A DNA stretch of 64,000 bases from an uncultured Chthonomonadaceae bacterium (GTDB taxonomy: Bacteria > Armatimonadota > Chthonomonadetes > Chthonomonadales > Chthonomonadaceae), in assembly GCA_963835065.1 (NCBI GenBank), contig CAWIEK010000041.1, positions 64,001 to 128,000 of the forward strand, read 5' to 3'. The notes below the pieces were generated by a model. It saw nothing but the letters and a program-made list of their open reading frames with translations. It did no database searches and was not told the DNA's origin. Numbering within the stretch: position 1 is the first letter of the stretch; each line of letters opens with the position of its first letter. Below, one piece after another: positions 1 to 9,902 of the stretch. The position numbers and the translations under genes were made by a program.

Positions 1-114
1 ATTGAAGTTTTCCCGGAGAAGGGAAGGAAGATTGTTCTTGTCTACGAACCCCAAGAGCAACGCAAAGTGTTACAGGAAGTCCTTCCCTTGCTGGAGCAGC
101 ATAGAATATGCTAA
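1..114 (+). CDS. 3' end of an unknown CDS running in from the left edge
   Basis: Frame 1 is open from base 1 (IEVFPEKGRKIVLVYEPQEQRKVLQEVLPLLEQHRIC*) to TAA at 112-114; no family recognised. Confidence 0.4.
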   Translation: MEVFPEKGRKIVLVYEPQEQRKVLQEVLPLLEQHRIC

Positions 115-183
115 CCTGAGCTACGATGTAGGGAACCGCATCACGTCCATTGTCTCAGGTAAACTGCTGAAAAGGAGCAAACA

Positions 184-939
184 ATGCAGATACGCAGAGG
201 ATTGAGGAAAGCGCTGGCGGTTGTTGGAATCGGCGTAGCGGTAGGCTGTCAGATGGGGCGACAGGCAACGGCGGGGGAACCGAGATACAAGGGGCAGAAA
301 GCGGATGCCGCGAAAACGGTGATGCTGAAAACGGCGGATGGCTGGAACCTTGTGGGCGACCTGTATACGCCTGCGGGCAAATCGCAGGGAAGCGTGATTT
401 TGCTGCATCAGCGAAGTGGGCAGAGCCGCGATTGGGCGGCGCTGTGCCGCGCCCTGCAAGCCGCGCATATCACCGCGCTTGCCATTGACCAGCGGGGCGC
501 GGGACGCTCCACGCAGGGGCCGGGCGGAACGGGCAATGATGCGCCCTGGCCCACCGGCGGCGATGTTGCCGCCGCCGTTCTGTTCCTGAAAGGCAAAGAA
601 CCCATCGGACTGGCAGGGGCGTCGTATGGCGCGAACAACGCCCTGATTTACGCTTCCGCGCACCCCGCGCAGATCAAGAGCGTGGCGCTGTTTTCACCGG
701 GCGCGAACTACAACGGTTTGGACGCCCTTGCCCCGGCGCGGCAGTACAAGGGCGCAGTCCTTATCTATCACGACAAAAACGACGCCATTGCCGGAAGCGG
801 CCCGAAACAGATCAATCAAGCCCTGCCGGGACACGACCACGCGCTGCGCCTGTCCAACGGTTCCCGACACGGAACCGCCTTGCTCACCCCCGCTAACATC
901 CGCGACGCGGTTGCTTTTTTCCAGAAAACGCTCCAATAG
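184..939 (+). CDS. Exported alpha/beta-fold hydrolase
   Basis: AAGGAG RBS, N-terminal signal-like segment, GASYG nucleophile elbow, AIDQRGAGRS motif, C-terminal D and HG residues. Confidence 0.85.
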   Translation: MQIRRGLRKALAVVGIGVAVGCQMGRQATAGEPRYKGQKADAAKTVMLKTADGWNLVGDLYTPAGKSQGSVILLHQRSGQSRDWAALCRALQAAHITALAIDQRGAGRSTQGPGGTGNDAPWPTGGDVAAAVLFLKGKEPIGLAGASYGANNALIYASAHPAQIKSVALFSPGANYNGLDALAPARQYKGAVLIYHDKNDAIAGSGPKQINQALPGHDHALRLSNGSRHGTALLTPANIRDAVAFFQKTLQ

Positions 940-991
940 GAAGGGATAACAGGGTTTAGCCTGTATTTTGGGTGGTATTCCAGCCGGGAGT

Positions 992-1207
992 TCAGGGAGT
1001 TCCCGCAGATGTGCCGCTCGCAGGCGTGTTTGCCGATGTGGAAGCGGCGGCGCTGTGAAGCTGCGCCGGCACTTTGAAAACATGCACTTTGTCCCCGGCG
1101 GCAACGGCAATCAGTGTGCCATCCGGCGAAAAAGTCAGGGCGGACACGGTTTCCGGGACAAACAGGGTTGCCAGGCGTACAAAGTCGTCTGAGGTCAAGG
1201 TTGGCAT
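992..1207 (-). CDS. 71-aa protein with a single WD40-like blade
   Basis: GGAG RBS; VSALTFSPDGTLIAVAAGDKVHVF resembles a WD40 repeat; low-complexity tail. Confidence 0.65.
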   Translation of the reverse strand: MPTLTSDDFVRLATLFVPETVSALTFSPDGTLIAVAAGDKVHVFKVPAQLHSAAASTSANTPASGTSAGTP

Positions 1208-1223
1208 TGGTATCTCCAGTTCA

Positions 1224-1344
1224 AGTGGTCAGTGGGCAGTGGTCAGTGAAATGCCATCTGACTGCAAGATAGACTTGTGTGTAAGCGACAGCAAGCAGTG
1301 TCGGCGGTCTTGTCCTAACCACTGACCACTGACCACTGACCACT
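1224..1344. repeat. Inverted heptamer-array hairpin (CAGTGGT)n ... (ACCACTG)n
   Basis: agtggtcagtgggcagtggtcagtg at 1224-1248 and ccactgaccactgaccactgaccact at 1319-1344, two bases from the stop at 1347. Confidence 0.9.
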
Positions 1345-1346
1345 AC

Positions 1347-3075
1347 TCACTGACTCTTGCCTCCCGGCGCAAGCGGGTTCGCGCTGTCGTTGGGCGGCGT
1401 TGGCGTTGGTGTAGTGGTTCCTTTTTCCGGGTCGGGCGTGGGTGTCGGCGTGGGAAGCGGTTCGGGCGGCGGAAGGGGCTTGGGCTGCGGCTCCACCGTG
1501 ATCTGCTTGACAACGGTTTTGCCCAGATTGTCCGCTGCCGTCAGCGTAAACATGGTTCGCTCGTTGAGGGTGACTTCGCGGATGCCGGACGGGTCGCCGT
1601 TCGTGACAATCACGTTGCCCTTGTCGTCTTCGATGTGAACACTGGCCGTCCGCTTGGCGGACCAGCGCAGGCGAACCGGGACGCCGATATACACGGTTTT
1701 GGGCGCGGCGAAATCAGTAATGGCGGCAACCGACGTTTCTCTGGAAACGACGCTGATTTTGACGGTCTTCGTGACGGACTGAACGCGCTTGTCGGCGCTG
1801 ATGGCCCGCAGGAAGTACGTGATGTTGTCGCCGATGCTGTTCATCACGACGGGCGTGGAGCGCTGCAGGCTGCTGAAGGTAGTGCCGCCCGGATCAAGGA
1901 TGTATGAGTCGGCGTTTTTGCCAAGCCAGGAAAATATCACCTGTTCGCCGACATGCACTTTGGCGGTATCGGCGGTGAACGACACGATGGTAGGCGTCGG
2001 GGGCAGGGGCGCGGCCATGACATTGACGGTAACGGACTCCGTCTTCCACTTGCCCTCATTGCCCGGTCCCGTCACGTGCAGCGTGTACGTGGTTTGCGGG
2101 CCGGCTGGGAACAAACTGCTGATTGCCCGAACTCTTGCCCAGTTCGCCGTCCGAGACTTCCGTGCCTTTTTCCCCCGTGCTGTGCGTCAATTTTATCGTG
2201 GGCTTGTCGCCGGATACGTCCCATGTAAGCGTAATAGGCTTATTTTCCTGAACAGCAGTCGGCGTGGCGGCGAAATTGTTCAGTTTCACGGGTATGGGCG
2301 GCTCCGGCTTGAACGCGGCGTATCCCCCCGCGCCCAATCCCGCCAGCAGTAAGAAAAGCCCAACAAACGGCGAAACGAGGGCGCGACGCTCGATTTGTCC
2401 CTGCGTTTTAGCCGACACGTAGCTGTCTTCACTGGAACGCGCCGACACGGTAAAGCTGTACAAGCGCGGGCTGCCGACCCACGCGGACGTTTTGGGGCGC
2501 GCGGCCATCAAAATCGTTTGGGTTTGGCCGGGTTTCAGAACGATGTGATCCACGTCAAACTCATACGCGCAGTCGTCTTCCGGGTCACTGGCGTACAATT
2601 GCAGCACTTCTTCGGCGTTGCCCTCGTTGGCGACGGTCACTTCAAAGTCATTCAATGGCCGGAAAAACGAGGACGTGGCGCGGCGCGGGGCCATTTCCAC
2701 CTGCAGGCTGTCAAAGGATTTCACGATCAGCATAGCCTGCGCAATGCCCACTTCGCCGGTTTCCATCGCCACCACGCGCACCAGAAACGGGTACGAACCC
2801 GCCCGGTTTTCGCTGCTGCGATTCATCTTGAAGTTGATGCGCTCGCTGACCGTCGCTCCGGGCGCGACATTGACGGCGGGAACCGGGATGTTGTACCACT
2901 CGATGTCAATGCCTTCCACTTCCAGAAGGAGGCGGTCGGGCGTCGCCTGATGATTGCTCATCGTGACGACGAGGCGCGTGGCGCTGCCCGGTTCAATCGC
3001 CAAATCCGGCTGATCCAGCGTGACGACGATTTTCTGGACATCCATAAATTGCGTATCCGAAATCGCTGAGGACAT
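1347..3075 (-). CDS. Membrane-anchored protein: N-terminal Ig-like domains, TM helix, Ig/PKD-like repeats, Pro/Thr tail (one frameshift near 2110)
   Basis: ORFs 2056..3141 and 1347..2114 join as QFVP-AGPQTTYTL if one C is removed from a CCC run; ATG at 3075 after AAAGG; TM FVGLFLLLAGLGAGGYAAF. Confidence 0.7.
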
Positions 3076-3345
3076 AAAATAAACCTTTATCGGGAGCGCC
3101 TGAAAAACATCTAATGTGCAGATAAGTGTCATCAGGCGCAATCAAGGCGGGGGTAAAGCGAACTACACTTTTCTATCGCTGCGTCATTATAGTCAACGCT
3201 GCAAAATTTGTCAATCATTTCGCAGTGGCGAGAGTTTTCCGGGGATTTTCAATGCCCCGGAAGCAATTGCATTGGAAGCGCCCTCTGTGCCTGCGTCCGA
3301 AAAGCAAAAGAATTACGATTTGATTCTTGATTCGGTTCCACGCGC

Positions 3346-3374
3346 TTGCTAAATTACATCCGAATCGGTATAAT
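3346..3374 (+). promoter_or_regulatory. Sigma70-type promoter TTGCTA-17-TATAAT
   Basis: TTGCTA 3346-3351, 17-nt spacer, TATAAT 3369-3374, upstream of ATG 3443. Confidence 0.65.
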
Positions 3375-3442
3375 TGACGCAAGGAACACTTCTGCACGAC
3401 CTAATTTCCCTGCCTTGCCCCCACAACACACAGGAAACACTT

Positions 3443-4969
3443 ATGTTTTGTACTTCATGCGGCACGAAAAACGCGGCGGACAACAATTTTTGCAAGCAAT
3501 GCGGCAGCAAACTGGATCGCGCCGCCGCCGCCAAAATCAACCAGGATGACTTCGAGCGCGCCCTGCCCGAAGATGAGCAGATGAGTACGCTGCTGGAACG
3601 CGCGTATCGCCTGCGCAAAGAATTCGATGTCGAAGGCGCGATTGGCTTATGCGAGGAAGCGCTGCGCCTGCGCGCCGACAGCACCTCCGCCCATTCCCTG
3701 CTCGGCCAATTGTACGAGGAAAAAGGCGACCAGGAAGCGGCTATCCGCGAGTACGAGCGCGTCCTGCACCTGAACCCTGGCAGCATCGCGGATCGCGTGA
3801 AACTGGACGAACTGCGGTCAAAGGGCGAGGAAGGCAGCGAACGCAAGCCGCATACCCGCGTGGTCATGGCCGATCCGCACGTAATGCCGGGATTGGGCTA
3901 CGCCCGCTTTACCAGCGTCGGCGTCGGCCTTGCGCTGCTGGTACTCGGCGGACTCGTCGCGCTGCAATTCCGGCCCCGGTCTGTGGTTCCTACTACGCTT
4001 TCAACAGATACCTCTATCAGCCGCGCCCCGGTCAATGGATCACCGGCCAACGGAGCAAACGCAGCCGGAACAACAATGGCGACAACAACCGGCACAGGCG
4101 TTTCCCCAAGTCTGCCGGGAACAACCCCGGACAAAATCGGAACTGGAACTGCAACCGCGTCCAATTCCGCCACGCCGAACGCCGCTCCCGTTCCCAATTC
4201 GGCGGTAACGCCTCCTGTTACCAATCCAATCGCTGCCAATGGAAACCCGTCCCCTGCAAGCCCCCCGGCTTCTGCGGCTCCAACCGTGATTTACCGGCCC
4301 GGCCCCATTCAGTATGTGCGTGTGCCCACCGCCGCCGCTCCTGATGTTGCGGCGGGGGCGCGACTGCCGGGCATCAAGCGGCCAAAAAACAATGCGGGTA
4401 ACAATACTTCGGGCGGGCTTTCCCCCAATGGAACCTACGACGGAACCGCCAGTGGAAACGGCAGCGGGCGCATCATTTTGAACGGCGACCCGGACGTGAC
4501 CGAAAGCAACGGCAAAACCATCGTCAAAGTAAACCCCGCCGACGTTTCGGGCAAAACCGATGCTTCGGGCAGAAAGGGAGACAGCGACGGCAATGGCGGC
4601 AACGGTTTCAGCCGCATCGTCGTGGATAAAACCCCCTCCGGCGCGACCCGCATGGCTTCCCCGTCCGCCCCCGCGTCTTCTACCGAGTCGCGCTCGTTCC
4701 TCGCAGTGGGCGACGACAAGAAACGCCAGCACGATTACAAGGGCGCGATTGACGCTTTTACCAAATCGCTTGCCAGCGCGGGCGACCAGATGGGCTACGT
4801 CCTGCAGCAGCGCGCCCTGTGCTATCAGCAACTCAATGAACTGTCCTCGGCCAAAGCCGATTACGAGCGCGCCATCAACGAATATCGCAAGCTGGAAGCC
4901 CGCGATCCCGAAACCGCGCGCAACGGCGTTCGCGCCTGCGAAAAGGGGATCAAAACATGCGGCAATTAA
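3443..4969 (+). CDS. Zinc-ribbon + TPR + TM + low-complexity linker + TPR protein
   Basis: CxxCG...NFCxxCG ribbon at the N-terminus, TPR helices (AHSLLGQLYEEKGD), TM segment, C-terminal TPR. Confidence 0.8.
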   Translation: MFCTSCGTKNAADNNFCKQCGSKLDRAAAAKINQDDFERALPEDEQMSTLLERAYRLRKEFDVEGAIGLCEEALRLRADSTSAHSLLGQLYEEKGDQEAAIREYERVLHLNPGSIADRVKLDELRSKGEEGSERKPHTRVVMADPHVMPGLGYARFTSVGVGLALLVLGGLVALQFRPRSVVPTTLSTDTSISRAPVNGSPANGANAAGTTMATTTGTGVSPSLPGTTPDKIGTGTATASNSATPNAAPVPNSAVTPPVTNPIAANGNPSPASPPASAAPTVIYRPGPIQYVRVPTAAAPDVAAGARLPGIKRPKNNAGNNTSGGLSPNGTYDGTASGNGSGRIILNGDPDVTESNGKTIVKVNPADVSGKTDASGRKGDSDGNGGNGFSRIVVDKTPSGATRMASPSAPASSTESRSFLAVGDDKKRQHDYKGAIDAFTKSLASAGDQMGYVLQQRALCYQQLNELSSAKADYERAINEYRKLEARDPETARNGVRACEKGIKTCGN

Positions 4970-7380
4970 CTCCACCTTTCTCCTTAGTTCAATCAAAACA
5001 CTCACGAACCTTCCTGCTTCTGCTCAGTGGCTGCTGCCTGTCCCTGTCGCTTCTAACCTCCCCCGTATCTGCTCAAAACGCGCAGCAGGGAAGTCAGGGA
5101 ACAGGAAACAGGGAACAGGGAACAGTCCAATCCACAATCGAAAATCGAAAATCGAAAATCGAAAATTCCCCAACACCCTCCCAGGAATTGCCCCTCCTCC
5201 TCCTCGTGGTGCAGCGTCCGCAGGGAACGCCCGCTAAAAAAGACGACATGAACACCGCCCTGTCGCTGATGCTGCGGGCGTCCGTGCGCGAGTCGCGCAA
5301 GTACCAGGTGATCTTGTACAGCGCGGAACACCCCAGTATCCGCCGCGTCCTGCTGGAACACGCCATTGCCGCCTCGGAGTTGGCGGAGCCGATTGCGCCC
5401 GAAGCTCTGCAAAAACTGGCGAAGTTGATCGGCGCGCATGACATTTTGATGGTCAGCAGCGCGCTGGAAAAATCCGGTCTGCGTACCGATGTGCGCCTGA
5501 TGACGGACGCGGGCGCGGATACATGGATCACGCCCCTCGCGCAGCCGTTCATCGTGGACGCGCAATTGGGCAAACTGCGCCTGAAAAACGAGCAGATGCT
5601 GGCGCTGACCGTAGACGACATTGACAAGTATCTCGGCGTTCCCTCCCACCTTGCCAGCAACCTGACCAAAACCATCATCATCGGCAAGACAGACCCGAAG
5701 AAGAACAAGAACGCCAAGAACAGCAAGAACGCCAACAATCCGAAAACGAAGAGCGGCGACAACAGCGAAGACGATGCGCGAACTGCCAAAAATGGAAGCG
5801 CTTCCGAGGATGGCGGCGACAGCGCCAACGGCGGGAAGCCCACGGACCCTGCCACCGGCAACACGAACGGCGTGAACGGAACCTCCGGGCGCATAACTCG
5901 CGCGGCGGACAAGACGCAGGCAGCAGAAAAAACGCAGGCGGAAAGAGCGAACGGGAACAGCGCCGGGAACAATTCTGCCGGAAACACCAGCGGAAACAAC
6001 ACCGGCAACGCCCCCGCAAACCGTTCTGCTGACAACAATAATACCGGGAACGACACGAGCGCGGACACGGACGCGCAAACCGCAAAAACATCGGCGACAG
6101 GCAAAAGCACGCCCCGAAAAACCAACAAGCCGTCCGTGAAAATCGCGCGCAACACGCAAAAGTCGCGCGGCAACTCCGACACCACAGCCACTCCGAACAC
6201 GGCGGGCGAGGTCGGCAATGCCGGCGCAGCCAACGGTTCGGGCAATGGCGCGGGTACGCAGGGCGCGGCATCGGAGGCTAACCCGGCGGCTTTGCAGCGC
6301 GTGACCAGCGACAATCTCAAAAACAAGCCGGAAGACCGCAAAAACCAGCCGGCCATTCTGGACACGGACGCGGGCGCAAGCCTGCTTGCCGAGCCGAACA
6401 TCATTCCCCCGGTTCCGCCAACCGACAAAATTGATTACGAGGCGGCGGCGGATCGCTACCGGAAGACGGGCGACCTGTCCAACGCCATCAACTCGCTGCG
6501 GCAGGCCATCAACGAAAACCCCCGCGCCCTGAACCTGCGCAAAAAACTCATTATCGCCTATCAGGATCGGCTGCTGCCCGACCTTGCGGCTTCGGAGATT
6601 GAGCGGGCATTGGTACTGGCTCCGGGCGACGCCGACCTGACCAAGCTGCGTGCCAGTACCCTGTTCGGCAAGGGCGATACCACGAACGCCATTAAAATGC
6701 TGCGCGACGTGGTTGCCGCGCATCCCGGCGACACGTCGGGGCAGGTGGCATTGGGCGACGCGCTGCTGGCCGACGGCCAATTCGCCGACGCCCTGAGCGC
6801 GTTTGAAACGGCGGCGAAAAACGATCCCAAAAGCCCGCTTCCGCACCGCCGATTAGCGCGGGTACTGGCGGCGCGGGCAGGCAGTGACATTACGCAGTAC
6901 GCCGCGTGTCTGGGGCAGATCGAGCAGGCGCGTAAACTGACGCCGACAACCGACACCCAAACCTATCAGGGCGATTACTTTGAATTGATGCTCCTTCTGG
7001 AAACGCGCTTGAAGGACATGCTGGATCAGGTAAATGAAACATCTATGGGCGTGGGCAAACGCGCCAACGCCGACCTGATGCAGCATGCCACCGACCTGAA
7101 AGAGCGCGCCGAAGCCGCGTCTGATTTTCTGGACAAGCTGCCGCCCGCAGCGGGACAGGACGTGACCCATGCCCATTACGGACAGGGCGCGGCCTTATTG
7201 GTGCAGTCCATCGGCTACCTGCGCAAATTCATCCCCTCCAACGAAGCGCAGATCGGCAACTCCCTGCGCGCCACCCGCATTGACGCCCTGACCGAACTGA
7301 CCAACGCCCACGACCGGCTCATCGCCTCCCGCGAAGTGCTGGAAAAAGGCCGCGCCGCAACCGGCGTGTCCGGCAACTGA
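4957..7380 (+). CDS. Exported TPR-repeat protein with long Asn/Gly/Thr-rich linker
   Basis: Signal peptide ending VSA-Q; TPRs (GQVALGDALLADGQFADALSAFETA); overlaps the upstream stop. Confidence 0.8.
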   Translation: MRQLTPPFSLVQSKHSRTFLLLLSGCCLSLSLLTSPVSAQNAQQGSQGTGNREQGTVQSTIENRKSKIENSPTPSQELPLLLLVVQRPQGTPAKKDDMNTALSLMLRASVRESRKYQVILYSAEHPSIRRVLLEHAIAASELAEPIAPEALQKLAKLIGAHDILMVSSALEKSGLRTDVRLMTDAGADTWITPLAQPFIVDAQLGKLRLKNEQMLALTVDDIDKYLGVPSHLASNLTKTIIIGKTDPKKNKNAKNSKNANNPKTKSGDNSEDDARTAKNGSASEDGGDSANGGKPTDPATGNTNGVNGTSGRITRAADKTQAAEKTQAERANGNSAGNNSAGNTSGNNTGNAPANRSADNNNTGNDTSADTDAQTAKTSATGKSTPRKTNKPSVKIARNTQKSRGNSDTTATPNTAGEVGNAGAANGSGNGAGTQGAASEANPAALQRVTSDNLKNKPEDRKNQPAILDTDAGASLLAEPNIIPPVPPTDKIDYEAAADRYRKTGDLSNAINSLRQAINENPRALNLRKKLIIAYQDRLLPDLAASEIERALVLAPGDADLTKLRASTLFGKGDTTNAIKMLRDVVAAHPGDTSGQVALGDALLADGQFADALSAFETAAKNDPKSPLPHRRLARVLAARAGSDITQYAACLGQIEQARKLTPTTDTQTYQGDYFELMLLLETRLKDMLDQVNETSMGVGKRANADLMQHATDLKERAEAASDFLDKLPPAAGQDVTHAHYGQGAALLVQSIGYLRKFIPSNEAQIGNSLRATRIDALTELTNAHDRLIASREVLEKGRAATGVSGN
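5095..5166 (+). repeat. Two heptamer arrays (CAGGGAA)x4 and (AATCGAA)x5 in frame inside the CDS
   Basis: cagggaacaggaaacagggaacagggaacag and aatccacaatcgaaaatcgaaaatcgaaaatcgaaaat, translated QGTGNREQGT / IENRKSKIEN just after the signal peptide. Confidence 0.9.
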
Positions 7381-7382
7381 AC
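7291..7382 (+). repeat. 92-bp direct repeat, copy 1 (3' end of the TPR gene)
   Basis: Matches 8810-8901 with 4 mismatches. Confidence 0.95.
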
Positions 7383-7696
7383 ACAACACGCCCGCGAAGC
7401 CCTATGCCACGTCTTCAGTAGCCGGTTTATCGGCGCGGTCATTTCACGCTTGATCACAAAGGCATTTGCATACTTGACAGCCTGAAAACCTTCCGGGTTG
7501 ACTGAGTGTAGCGGGGAAGCGGCCCGCCGTACCTGCCTGCTTCCCGTCCACAGCGCTACGTTTTAGAAATGAAGGAGGAAAAGACGGCCTGCGCAACGTA
7601 ATAGAGAACAGATATGAACTACAATCTGTTTCAGGAAACTGCCTGAAGGTTATAAACGCAGAACCATTGGAGCAGGCTGTACAAGGAGAAAAGCAG

Positions 7697-8263
7697 ATGG
7701 CAACTTCACCGGAAGAAGGCATGGCGAGCTTGTTTCGCAACCTGGAGACCAGCACCGGAAAATCCCTTGCAACATGGATTTCAGACGCGCGAAGCGCCGG
7801 GATTGGTAAACACAAACCCCTTGTTGAACATCTTAAGCAGGAGCACGGACTTCCGCATGGTTATGCCAACCAGATCGCTCTACGCGCGCTTGCCCCGGAC
7901 GATGCTCCTTCCGCCGGAAGTGAGGCATTGATTGAGGCACAGTACACCGGTGCAAAGGCGGCGCTCAAGCCCATCTATGAAGCGATAGCCGCCGCTGTCG
8001 CCGCCTTCGGGCCAGATGTGGAGTTGTCTGCAAAGAAGGGGTATGTCAGCCTGCGCCGCTCCAAACAGTTCGCGCTCCTTCAACCCTCCACCGCGCAACG
8101 CCTGGACGTTGGACTGATTTTCAAAGAAAGAGCGGTGGAGGGGCGTTTGGAGGCGGCGGGCAGCTTCAATGCCATGATGACACATCGGGTAAGGGTGAGC
8201 AGTATCGCAGAGGTTGACGCCGACTTGATCGACTGGCTGCATTGCGCTTACGAAAACGCTTGA
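7697..8263 (+). CDS. DUF4287/DUF5655-like protein
   Basis: AAGGAG RBS; NLETSTGKSLATW...EHGLPHGYAN N-terminal part and KKGYVSLRRSKQFA...THRVRV C-terminal part. Confidence 0.75.
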   Translation: MATSPEEGMASLFRNLETSTGKSLATWISDARSAGIGKHKPLVEHLKQEHGLPHGYANQIALRALAPDDAPSAGSEALIEAQYTGAKAALKPIYEAIAAAVAAFGPDVELSAKKGYVSLRRSKQFALLQPSTAQRLDVGLIFKERAVEGRLEAAGSFNAMMTHRVRVSSIAEVDADLIDWLHCAYENA

Positions 8264-8408
8264 GCATAGTGCGGGCAGTCTAAGGCGACCCTTCTCGTAT
8301 GAGGCAAAAATATCTTTCACGCTGTTCTACCCTTGTACAAGAGCCTCCGTTCTTCGCTGACGGCGACATGGAAGAACATAACGCCTATGCTTACCAGAGG
8401 AGATAGTG

Positions 8409-8798
8409 ATGAATTCCACTGTGCTGAAACCGAAGGTCACATCGTTTGCTCCGCAATTTCTTGTGGATGATTTACAACAGTCGGTCGCCTATTACCGCCG
8501 GCTTGGTTTTAAGTTCGGCGAAATATGGGACGGGTTCTATGTCATCGGGCGGCTTGACGGACTGGAGTTGCACTTGAAGGAAGCCCCCAAGGATGAGGCG
8601 GAGCGCAAGCGCCGGAGAGACGCTGAACACCTCGACGCTGCGGCAGGCGTGGAAATGATTGATGTGTTCTACGAGCAGTGCGTAGCGAACGGTATGATGA
8701 TCGTAAAGCCCCTTGCCTCCACAGAATGGGGTACGAAGGATTTCTACATCGAAGACCCCGACGGCTACCTCATCTGCTTCGGCGGGCAGGTGGAATAG
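8409..8798 (+). CDS. VOC/glyoxalase/bleomycin-resistance family protein
   Basis: GAGGAG RBS; VDDLQQSVAYY..LGF and WGTKDFYIEDPDGYLICF motifs. Confidence 0.85.
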   Translation: MNSTVLKPKVTSFAPQFLVDDLQQSVAYYRRLGFKFGEIWDGFYVIGRLDGLELHLKEAPKDEAERKRRRDAEHLDAAAGVEMIDVFYEQCVANGMMIVKPLASTEWGTKDFYIEDPDGYLICFGGQVE

Positions 8799-8809
8799 TC
8801 AAGAAACAC

Positions 8810-8901
8810 ACCGAACTGACCAACGCCCACGACCGGCTCATCGCCTCCCGTGAGGTTCTGGAAAAAGGCCGCGCCGCAACCGGCGTTTCCGGCAACTGAA
8901 C
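8810..8901 (+). repeat. 92-bp direct repeat, copy 2 (orphan gene 3' end)
   Basis: Encodes TELTNAHDRLIASREVLEKGRAATGVSGN*, identical to the end of 4957..7380. Confidence 0.95.
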
Positions 8902-8950
8902 CGCATCGAAATTGCGCTGTCGGCTGCCGGGGCTGGAACGAAGTGAAGGT

Positions 8951-9784
8951 TTATTTTCGCGGATCGCCTTGCGCGGCGTTCGAGACGGCCTCCCACTCCT
9001 CCCAGATGGCGAGGCGGTCGGCATAGGCGGCGCGCACCATAGGCAAGCCGGTGCTGCCGAGGATAAATCGCAGCGGTGGGTTCTCCGCGTCCACGATCTT
9101 GAGGACGGCTTCGGCGGTCGCTTGCGGATCGCCGCGTACCGCGCCCGATAAACGCCCGAAAGCCTGCTGCCGCAACTCGGCGTAGGTGTCCATGCCCGGC
9201 GCGATCTTCAGCGACGCGGGGCTGCCAAACTCGGTGGCATAAGCGCCGGGTTCGATCAGCGTCACCGCAATGCCAAACCCTTTGACCTCTTGCGCCAGGC
9301 TTTCGTGGAGCGCTTCAAAGGCCCACTTGGAGGCGCAGTAAAAGCCGATAAGCGGCATCGCCACATGGCCCAGGGTACTCGATACGCCTACGATGTGTCC
9401 GCTGCCCTGTTGCCGCAGCAAAGGCAGCGCGGCTTGAATGACGCGAAGCGTACCAAAGTAGTTCGTATCAAACTCAGCGCGAACGTCCGCTTCGCTCGCT
9501 TCCTCAACCGTGCCGACCAGAGAATAGCCCGCGTTGTTGAGTACCACGTCCAGCCTGCCGAAGCGCGCGTGAGCCTGCTGAACGGCAGTCTGCACCTGCT
9601 CGGCATCCGTGACGTCGAGCGCCAGAGGAAGCGCGGCGTCGCCGAAACGCTCCTTTAGATCGGTCACGTCTTCCACTTTGCGGGCGGTCGCCACAACCCT
9701 GTCGCCTCGCGTGAGCGCGGCTTCGGCCCAGATACGCCCGAAGCCGCGCGACGCGCCGGTGATAAACCAGACTTTGCTATTCAT
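8951..9784 (-). CDS. Short-chain dehydrogenase/reductase
   Basis: TGASRGFG, NNAG and YCASK motifs; AAGGAG RBS. Confidence 0.92.
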   Translation of the reverse strand: MNSKVWFITGASRGFGRIWAEAALTRGDRVVATARKVEDVTDLKERFGDAALPLALDVTDAEQVQTAVQQAHARFGRLDVVLNNAGYSLVGTVEEASEADVRAEFDTNYFGTLRVIQAALPLLRQQGSGHIVGVSSTLGHVAMPLIGFYCASKWAFEALHESLAQEVKGFGIAVTLIEPGAYATEFGSPASLKIAPGMDTYAELRQQAFGRLSGAVRGDPQATAEAVLKIVDAENPPLRFILGSTGLPMVRAAYADRLAIWEEWEAVSNAAQGDPRK

Positions 9785-9851
9785 GTGATTCTCCTTTGAG
9801 CGTGTGATAATGTGGTACTATCAAGTTCACTCAGGCCAAGTATACCCGCGT

Positions 9852-9891
9852 ATCTGAACAGTGTCAAGATAAATTTGAACGGTGTCAAGAT
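9852..9891. promoter_or_regulatory. Two imperfect 19-bp palindromes, probable TetR operators
   Basis: atctgaacagtgtcaagat (9852-9870) and atttgaacggtgtcaagat (9873-9891), 21 bp apart, between the divergent SDR and tetR genes. Confidence 0.7.
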
Positions 9892-9902
9892 TAAAGATAA
9901 AA

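Noticed and set aside
5053..6846. Long antisense ORFs (also 15056..17056, 19064..20662, 60067..62403)
   Set aside because: Shadow frames of GC-rich genes with clear motifs on the other strand; no motifs of their own
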